Assembly (NCBI GenBank): GCA_030427725.1
Contig: JAUICV010000001.1
Location: 605,298 to 669,297 of the forward strand
Source: Chlamydiia bacterium
Lineage (GTDB): Bacteria; Chlamydiota; Chlamydiia; Chlamydiales; GCA-2402025
DNA: 64,000 nt
Direction of reading: 5' to 3'
Both the position numbers and the translations under genes were made by a program. The notes beneath the pieces are model-generated. The model saw nothing but the letters and a program-made list of their open reading frames with translations. It searched no databases and was not told the DNA's origin. Positions 58,264-64,000 of the stretch are shown piece after piece. How positions within the stretch are numbered: position 1 is the stretch's first letter; every line of letters starts with the position of its first letter.

Positions 58264-60126
58264 TTAATCTGTGAGTTGTTCCCATTTTTGGTATAGTTCA
58301 TTTAGCTTGTTTTCAAGCTCTTCACGTTTGTTTAATAACTTTTGCTGTTCTGTTTGTGTTGTTGTTTCGTAAAAGCCTGGTTTAGAAAGGTTTGAATTTA
58401 TTTTTTCTAGCTCTAATTCACTAGAATTGATCGCTTTTTCACATTCTATCAGCTGATTTTTGTTAGATGTCTTTTTTTGTTTAGAGTTTTGTTTTTTTGA
58501 GTTCGATGAACTTATATTTTTAATAGTTTCATTTTCTGTTTCTGCATCTAAATACGTTTGATATCCTCCTAGATGAGAAACAATTTTTTCATGTCTAATT
58601 TCGATTACTCTACTTGCTAAATTCTCAATAAAAAACCGATTGTGCGACACAAACAAAACAGCTCCAGGAAACTCGATCAAAGCTTTTAGAAGCATTTCAG
58701 AGCTCTCCATGTCTAAGTGGTTTGTTGGCTCGTCAAAAATCAAAACATTTACTTCCCTTAACATGATCGTGCAAAGATAAAGTCTTGCTTTTTCTCCCCC
58801 ACTTAATACTTTGATTTTTTTGTTAAAATCATCCTGATGAAACAACATTTTCCCTAAAGCATCGTAAATTTTTTGATCTGGAACATCTACAGTAGAATTT
58901 TTCAAAAACTCAAACAGCCTTTGCTCAAAATCTAGCTTTTTTTCAAATAGCTGTGGAAAGTAGCCAACCTGCACTCGATCTGCAAACTCAAAAGATCCTA
59001 AGTCTGCTTGCTTGTCACCTGTGATAATCTCTAAAATAGTAGATTTACCTATACCGTTAGCTCCAATAATTGCTACCTTTTCATCTCTTTGAACTTCAAA
59101 TGAAACATGATTCAACACCTGGTGGTTTCCATAAGATTTTGATAGGTTTTTAACCTTAAGGAAAATAGCCGGAAGTCTCCCCCCTACTTGAAAGAAAAAA
59201 TTGGGATAACATCTTGAAGAGGGTAAAAGCTCATGAGACAACTTTTCCATTTCTAAGCGATTTATGATTTTTTCTTTTGATTTAGCTTGTTTGGCTTTCG
59301 TAGCTTTTGCCCCAAACTTCTCCACAAACTGACTCAGTTGTTTTTGTTTTTTTGAGATATTTGCAAGAGCTGCTCCCTTTTGCAAAACTTCCTCTTTCTT
59401 CAGTTCGACAAAATCTTCGTAATTCCCAGGATAAATTTTCAACATTCCAAAATCTAAATCTATAATAGATAAGCTTACATCATTTAAAAACTGCCTATCA
59501 TGAGAGCAAACAACAACGGATCCCTTAAACTCTGTTAAATAGCTAGCAAACCATTTAATTGTCTCTATATCTAAATAGTTTGTTGGCTCATCTAAAAGTA
59601 ACAAATCTGGCTGATCAAAAAGCAGTTTAGCAAGCATTACCCTCACTTTGTATCCACCAGAAAAACTAGCTAGAGTCTCTTCTTGTTTTTCTAAATTTAT
59701 CCCTAGACCTGAAAGTAGCGTTTCAATCTCACTTTCTGCTTCATATCCACCCAAATTTTGTATTTTTTCTTCTATCAAACTAAGTGTGTGAATGTCATCG
59801 TTTGAAAGTTCTTTTTCTAATAGCTTATCTTTTTGTAAAATGGCCTCATAAAGGTCTTTTTTTCCGGATAAGACTACCTCTTTTATAGGGAGATTTTCAT
59901 AAAGATAGTAATCTTGGCTTAATGCACCAATTTTTGAATATTTAGGGAAGAAAATATCTCCGCTACTCGGAGCTAATTCTTGGCTTAATATTTTTAAAAA
60001 CGTCGATTTACCACTTCCATTCGCCCCAACTAAACCATAGACATGTTTGGGCTTAAGCTGAAGCGTAACTTTTTCAAATAAAACACGATCAGCAATCTTC
60101 ATCGAAAGATTTTGAATATTAAACAC
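58264..60126 (-). CDS. ABC-F family ATPase (Uup-like, C-terminal coiled coil)
   Basis: Two cassettes (GANGSGKST/LSGGYKVR/LLLDEPTN and GANGIGKST/LSGGEKAR/LIFDEPTN), no TM, K/E-rich C-terminal coiled coil. GTG start. Confidence 0.85.
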   Translation of the reverse strand: MFNIQNLSMKIADRVLFEKVTLQLKPKHVYGLVGANGSGKSTFLKILSQELAPSSGDIFFPKYSKIGALSQDYYLYENLPIKEVVLSGKKDLYEAILQKDKLLEKELSNDDIHTLSLIEEKIQNLGGYEAESEIETLLSGLGINLEKQEETLASFSGGYKVRVMLAKLLFDQPDLLLLDEPTNYLDIETIKWFASYLTEFKGSVVVCSHDRQFLNDVSLSIIDLDFGMLKIYPGNYEDFVELKKEEVLQKGAALANISKKQKQLSQFVEKFGAKATKAKQAKSKEKIINRLEMEKLSHELLPSSRCYPNFFFQVGGRLPAIFLKVKNLSKSYGNHQVLNHVSFEVQRDEKVAIIGANGIGKSTILEIITGDKQADLGSFEFADRVQVGYFPQLFEKKLDFEQRLFEFLKNSTVDVPDQKIYDALGKMLFHQDDFNKKIKVLSGGEKARLYLCTIMLREVNVLIFDEPTNHLDMESSEMLLKALIEFPGAVLFVSHNRFFIENLASRVIEIRHEKIVSHLGGYQTYLDAETENETIKNISSSNSKKQNSKQKKTSNKNQLIECEKAINSSELELEKINSNLSKPGFYETTTQTEQQKLLNKREELENKLNELYQKWEQLTD

Positions 60127-60190
60127 AGATTACCTAATTTGAAGTTATAAGAAGGTCTTTTAGAATAATTTGAAGCATTGGAAGAATTAT

Positions 60191-60541
60191 ATGAAGTCAA
60201 AAAGTGGTTTTTTTTACGTTTTAAGTGTGTTTTTTTTGCTTTTTACATGTTTTGTGGGGATTTCTGCTACAAAACCAAAATTTTTTAAAAAAACAACCTT
60301 AAAACAAAAAAACAAAACGTTACAACTTTATGTTAATCCCTGCTGTCCTTACTGTTCCAAGGTTTTACTTTTTATAAAAAAAAATCACATCTCTTTAGAG
60401 ATAAAGGACGTAAGAAACCCACTTGTGAAGAAAGAACTCATTGAGATTGGAAAGAAATCTCAAGTACCATGCCTTGTAATCAATTACAAACAAGCACTCT
60501 ACGAATCTGATGACATTATTGAGTATTTAAAAAAGTCTTAA
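60191..60541 (+). CDS. glutaredoxin-like thioredoxin-fold protein with N-terminal signal/anchor
   Basis: CPYC active site, ..VPCLVI.. and ..ESDDIIEYL.. Grx pattern. N-terminal FFYVLSVFFLLFTCFVGISA. Confidence 0.65.
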   Translation: MKSKSGFFYVLSVFFLLFTCFVGISATKPKFFKKTTLKQKNKTLQLYVNPCCPYCSKVLLFIKKNHISLEIKDVRNPLVKKELIEIGKKSQVPCLVINYKQALYESDDIIEYLKKS

Positions 60542-60584
60542 GGCAAATCTTGCCTTAAGACTTAATGTATTAAATATTAAATAG

Positions 60585-60731
60585 TTAATCTTGATGTCTT
60601 TTTTGACCTCTAGCGAGAGAGCGTTTTGTATTGTAATCTACATCCTGCTCTTGCATCTGTTTTGATATGTACTTATGTTCTTTCGGGTGCTGTTTTGTGT
60701 GTTTTTTACGACTTGATTTACGATGCTTCAT
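60585..60731 (-). CDS. unannotated 48-aa highly basic small protein (candidate)
   Basis: MKHRKSSRKKHTKQHPKEHKYISKQMQEQDVDYNTKRSLARGQKRHQD. GGAG 8 nt upstream of the ATG. Below the 60-aa cut-off of the ORF track. Confidence 0.4.
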   Translation of the reverse strand: MKHRKSSRKKHTKQHPKEHKYISKQMQEQDVDYNTKRSLARGQKRHQD

Positions 60732-61044
60732 GCTATTGACTCCATGTAACTTAAAGTTAGCAATACCTCTGAATTTATTATTACACCCTAAATCCAGATA
60801 ACTCTAATTTACAATTTGGCAAATTTAATTAAAACACGAAGCAATAAAATAAATTAATTAATTCTTAAACCGTTAAACGCTATTAAGTTAAACAAGTTAA
60901 CAGACACATAACATCTTTACCACATAAGGATTAGTGAGTTGTGTGTTTTTTTAGTGAATCATGAAAGAAAAAACTATTCACTATAATCATAAAATCATAT
61001 ATCTGAGTGTTTGAACCTATGTAATTTATAACTCAATATAGGAG

Positions 61045-62502
61045 TTGGTTTTGGACGTCAAACCACTAGACACCCACAAAAGAGTCATTAATATCTTTGT
61101 TCTCGCTATGTTCAACGTGGCGATTATGGCTAGCCTAAGAAATCTACCTTTAATTGCAGAATTTGGTCTGGGCGCTATTTTCTTTTTCGTTGTCGTTGGC
61201 CTTGGATTTTTAATCCCTTGCGCACTCGTATCTGCTGAGCTGGCAACTGGCTGGCCAAGATCTGGAGGAATATATGTTTGGGTTAGAGAAGCTTTCGGCG
61301 ATCGTTGGGGATTTTTTGCTATTTGGATGCAGTGGATTCATAACGTCTCGTGGTATCCCGCGATTCTATCCTTTGTGGCAGCAACAATTGCCTATATTTT
61401 TGATAGTACACTAGCCACAAATAAATTTTTCATTCTAGGAGTAGTATTAACGTGCTTTTGGGGCATGACTATAATCAACTATTTCGGCATTAAAACATCA
61501 TCGATAGTGAGCACAGTTGGTGTTATTATTGGAACCTTGTTACCAGGTGCTTTCATCATAGGACTTGGGCTAGCTTGGATATTAGGCGGCCACAAACTTC
61601 AAATAGCTACAAATTTATCCTCCGTTATCCCTGACCTAAGTAGCATAGATAACATTGTCTTTATGGGTGGTCTTTTCTTAACATTTGCAGGACTTGAAGT
61701 TTCTGCTGCGTATGCAGGAGAGGTAAAAAACCCGCAAAAGAACTATCCGCGAGCAATAATTTTAGGTGGTCTTATTACATTTTGCGTCCTCCTCTTGGGG
61801 TCCATTTCAATTGCAATTGTTATCCCTAACAAAGAGATTAGTCTCGTAGCTGGTGTTATGGACGCTTTTAAGACATTGCTTGGTAAATATAACATTGGAT
61901 GGCTATTACCTATTGTAGGAGTTCTCCTTGTATTCGGTTCCGTAGCAGAAGTCAACTCTTGGATCATGGGACCTGTTAAGGCTCTTTATACAACATCAAT
62001 TCACGGAAACCTACCTCCAATTTTACAAAACCAAAACAAGTATGGAATGCCAACACACTTACTGCTATTCCAAGCACTTATTGTAACGGCATCATCTTTT
62101 GTCATTCTTTGGATGCCATCACTTAGCTCAGCTTACTGGATACTTAGTGCATTGAGCGCCCAGATGTATCTTGTTATGTATATCATGATGTTTATCTCAG
62201 CAATTAGACTTCGCTATTTAAGACCAGACGTTCCAAGAGCGTATAAGATTCCTCATCCACATAAAGGAATGTGGTTTATCGCAAGCCTTGGACTATTTTC
62301 ATCTATCTTTGCAATTATCATAACATTTTTCCCACCATCTCAACTCCACGTTGGAAGCATATGGGCCTATGATGGATTTTTAGCAGGATCTTTATTGATA
62401 ATGATTACAATACCTCTTATTATTTATCAGTTTAGGAAACCCTCTTGGCTTCAAGTTAATGATATAACAGAACAAAAGCAGTCAGCCCTACCACATGAAT
62501 GA
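61045..62502 (+). CDS. APC-superfamily amino-acid permease/antiporter (GadC-like)
   Basis: 485 aa, 12 TM, typical APC N-terminal block (..SAELATGWPRSGGIYVWV..). Start is uncertain (TTG 61045 or TTG 61051, 6 nt after GGAG). Confidence 0.75.
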   Translation: MVLDVKPLDTHKRVINIFVLAMFNVAIMASLRNLPLIAEFGLGAIFFFVVVGLGFLIPCALVSAELATGWPRSGGIYVWVREAFGDRWGFFAIWMQWIHNVSWYPAILSFVAATIAYIFDSTLATNKFFILGVVLTCFWGMTIINYFGIKTSSIVSTVGVIIGTLLPGAFIIGLGLAWILGGHKLQIATNLSSVIPDLSSIDNIVFMGGLFLTFAGLEVSAAYAGEVKNPQKNYPRAIILGGLITFCVLLLGSISIAIVIPNKEISLVAGVMDAFKTLLGKYNIGWLLPIVGVLLVFGSVAEVNSWIMGPVKALYTTSIHGNLPPILQNQNKYGMPTHLLLFQALIVTASSFVILWMPSLSSAYWILSALSAQMYLVMYIMMFISAIRLRYLRPDVPRAYKIPHPHKGMWFIASLGLFSSIFAIIITFFPPSQLHVGSIWAYDGFLAGSLLIMITIPLIIYQFRKPSWLQVNDITEQKQSALPHE

Positions 62503-63745
62503 TCTTCCTTTGTCGGAAAAACTTAGGCCAAAAGTTTTTTCTGAAATTTTTGGCCAATCGCACCTCTTAAGCTCAGAGGGATTTATCACAAAGCTCCTCA
62601 AGCACAAAAAACCTATATCACTTTTGCTTTGGGGGCCTCCCGGTTGTGGAAAAACATCTCTAGCTAAACTATATTGCCAATCATTTGATTTTCCCTATTT
62701 TGAAATCTCTCCTCTATCCCATGGTGTGTCAGAAGTTAAAAAGCTCATAGAAAAGCAAAGCAAAGAGCCTTTGTTTAAGAGACAAATCATGATCTTTGTT
62801 GATGAAATTCACAGGTTTAATAAAGCTCAGCAAGATGTTTTTTTACCCTACGTTGAAAAAGGCCAAATCATCTTAGTTGGAGCGACAACAGAAAATCCAT
62901 CGTTTAGCTTAAACTCTGCACTATTATCTAGATTAAGAGTCCTTCCTCTTAAGCCTTTAAAAACTGACGCTCTAGAAAAAATCATGGATCGCTATATTTC
63001 TAGATCTAATGTTTCTTTTCAAACTGAAGCCAAAAAGGCGCTTATTGAATTATCATCTGGAGATGGACGACACTTAATTAATTTACTCGAAAACATCAGT
63101 GCATACGGCCTTTCTAAAGTAGATCTAAATTCTCTCAAAACGATCTCTCAGAAAAAACTCCCCGATTATGATAAAAACGGCGACCAGCATTACAACTTTA
63201 TTTCAGCGCTACACAAATCAATCAGAGGTTCTGATCCACAGGCCGCACTTTACTGGGTTTCAAGAATGCTCTACGCTGGAGAAGATCCAAAGTATATTTT
63301 AAGACGCCTAGCTCGCATGGCCTCAGAGGATATAGGTCTAGCTGATCCAGAAGCCATTAGTATTGTTATTAATGCCTTAAAATCATACGAACTCCTCGGG
63401 TCACCTGAAGGTGATTTAACCATTGCCCAAGCTGTCGTATATTTAGCCTTAGCACCAAAAAGCAACAAAGTCTATGAAGGTTTTAAAAAAGCTTTTGAGC
63501 TCGCTAAAAAAACAGCTCACCTGCCCCCTCCTAAACACTTGCTTACAAGCCACACAAAGCTTGCTAAAGATTTAGGACATGGTAAAGACTACAAATACGA
63601 TCATGACATGCCATCGGGATGCTCTGGTCAAAATTATTTTCCTGATGAACTTCCAAGAGATTTTTTCTACGAACCGATTGATAGAGGCTTCGAAAGGGAA
63701 ATGAAAAAGAGACTCTCTTATTTTGATAAATTCAGAAAGAAATAA
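62495..63745 (+). CDS. rarA: replication-associated recombination protein A (AAA+ ATPase)
   Basis: GPPGCGKTSLA, FVDEIHRFNKAQQD, GATTENP, C-terminal HYNFISALHKSIRGSDPQAALYW. Confidence 0.9.
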   Translation: MNDLPLSEKLRPKVFSEIFGQSHLLSSEGFITKLLKHKKPISLLLWGPPGCGKTSLAKLYCQSFDFPYFEISPLSHGVSEVKKLIEKQSKEPLFKRQIMIFVDEIHRFNKAQQDVFLPYVEKGQIILVGATTENPSFSLNSALLSRLRVLPLKPLKTDALEKIMDRYISRSNVSFQTEAKKALIELSSGDGRHLINLLENISAYGLSKVDLNSLKTISQKKLPDYDKNGDQHYNFISALHKSIRGSDPQAALYWVSRMLYAGEDPKYILRRLARMASEDIGLADPEAISIVINALKSYELLGSPEGDLTIAQAVVYLALAPKSNKVYEGFKKAFELAKKTAHLPPPKHLLTSHTKLAKDLGHGKDYKYDHDMPSGCSGQNYFPDELPRDFFYEPIDRGFEREMKKRLSYFDKFRKK

Positions 63746-63810
63746 AAAAACCTTCGTGGGCAGCTAAACCAAACCTGGTTAAGAGCTTAAAATCTAGCCA
63801 CCCGCGAAGG
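63744..63810 (-). terminator. long-hairpin terminator for an unidentified minus-strand transcript
   Basis: On the minus strand, CCTTCGCGGGTGGCTAG pairs with TTAGCTGCCCACGAAGG (17 positions: 1 mismatch, 3 G-U). It is followed by T7, which overlaps the rarA stop codon. Confidence 0.45.
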
Positions 63811-64000
63811 TAAGAATACTATGTTTACCTCAAGCTAAAAGGGCTTAAAAAACCAACCTTAGCCTATCTCTTTGAGAGATTGTGTTACCTTGAGGTGTCT
63901 GTATAAGCAATAAAGCAAATGGACAGACCTAGTCTCTTACAAAAAAAACAAAAACGCGGACTTTGTCACACCTCTTTTGTTTTGAGAGACAAAAACTCCC

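Noticed and set aside
60961-61014. 17-codon mini-ORF (MKEKTIHYNHKIIYLSV) upstream of the amino-acid permease, considered as a leader peptide/attenuator
   Set aside because: It has no convincing SD, no run of regulatory codons, and no alternative terminator/antiterminator structures that I could fold by eye.
63957-63964. AAAGTCCG on the minus strand, reminiscent of the RNase P RNA P4 motif GGAAAGTCCGG
   Set aside because: Only about 210 nt remain between this motif and the terminator/rarA. That is too short for a bacterial RNase P RNA, and the 3' P4 strand (ACAGAACCCGGCUUA-like) is absent.
1-64000. Search for CRISPR arrays, IS elements/transposases, integrases, prophage blocks, rRNA and tRNA genes
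   Set aside because: The only tandem repeats are in-frame within CDSs (34480-34761, 57400-57845, 23197-23300). No intergenic region shows tRNA cloverleaf/T-loop signatures or spaced direct repeats. No ORF has transposase, integrase or phage structural motifs. The holin-family-like 116-aa protein stands alone.

Overview
This is a 64-kb stretch of a compact, AT-rich bacterial chromosome. I call about 58 protein genes and see no rRNA, tRNA, transposase/integrase or CRISPR array. The gene content points to the phylum Chlamydiae, probably an environmental, amoeba-associated type rather than Chlamydiaceae. This placement is an inference from content, with no database search. The supporting markers are:
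- a K/R/T/A-repeat Hc2-like histone
- an ankyrin+SET protein
- a fused aroD-aroE
- a DASS dicarboxylate transporter
- membrane proteins with Inc-like bilobed hydrophobic domains
- an aconitase

Housekeeping blocks:
- A shikimate supraoperon (PDT-like, aroB, aroA, aroK, aroC) with divergent aroDE, plus a signal-peptide chorismate mutase 4 kb away.
- Single genes: aconitase, mnmA, adk, a pseudouridine synthase, an ABC-F ATPase, rarA, an M16 protease, SOD and a nitroreductase.
- A carbohydrate set: a GH63-like glucosidase, an archaeal-type glucose-dehydrogenase-like MDR and treY.

The parts I cannot explain with known families, and rank highest:
1. Two tandem paralogous genes (33.6-35.4 kb) built from four copies of an unrecognised ~95-aa 'DGFQWSD...TDTPxLPDxFxDPxFK' module. 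One also carries a 2 x 141-bp acidic tandem repeat.
2. A tandem pair of ~500-aa exported paralogs (38.3-41.5 kb) with duplicated promoters and private terminators, wedged into the carbohydrate genes.
3. A catalytically eroded prephenate-dehydratase-like gene leading the aro operon.
4. A 6-kb envelope-type island (23.1-28.9 kb) flanked by extremely AT-rich spacers that share a 12-bp palindrome.
5. Several normally cytoplasmic enzymes with N-terminal signal peptides: sulfotransferase, PfkB kinase, Fe/Mn-SOD and CPYC glutaredoxin.

Smaller items:
- two disrupted genes
- a 48-aa very basic unannotated ORF
- a structured ORF-free 3' end of the window

All functional calls come from motifs I recognise by eye. 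None has been checked by search.
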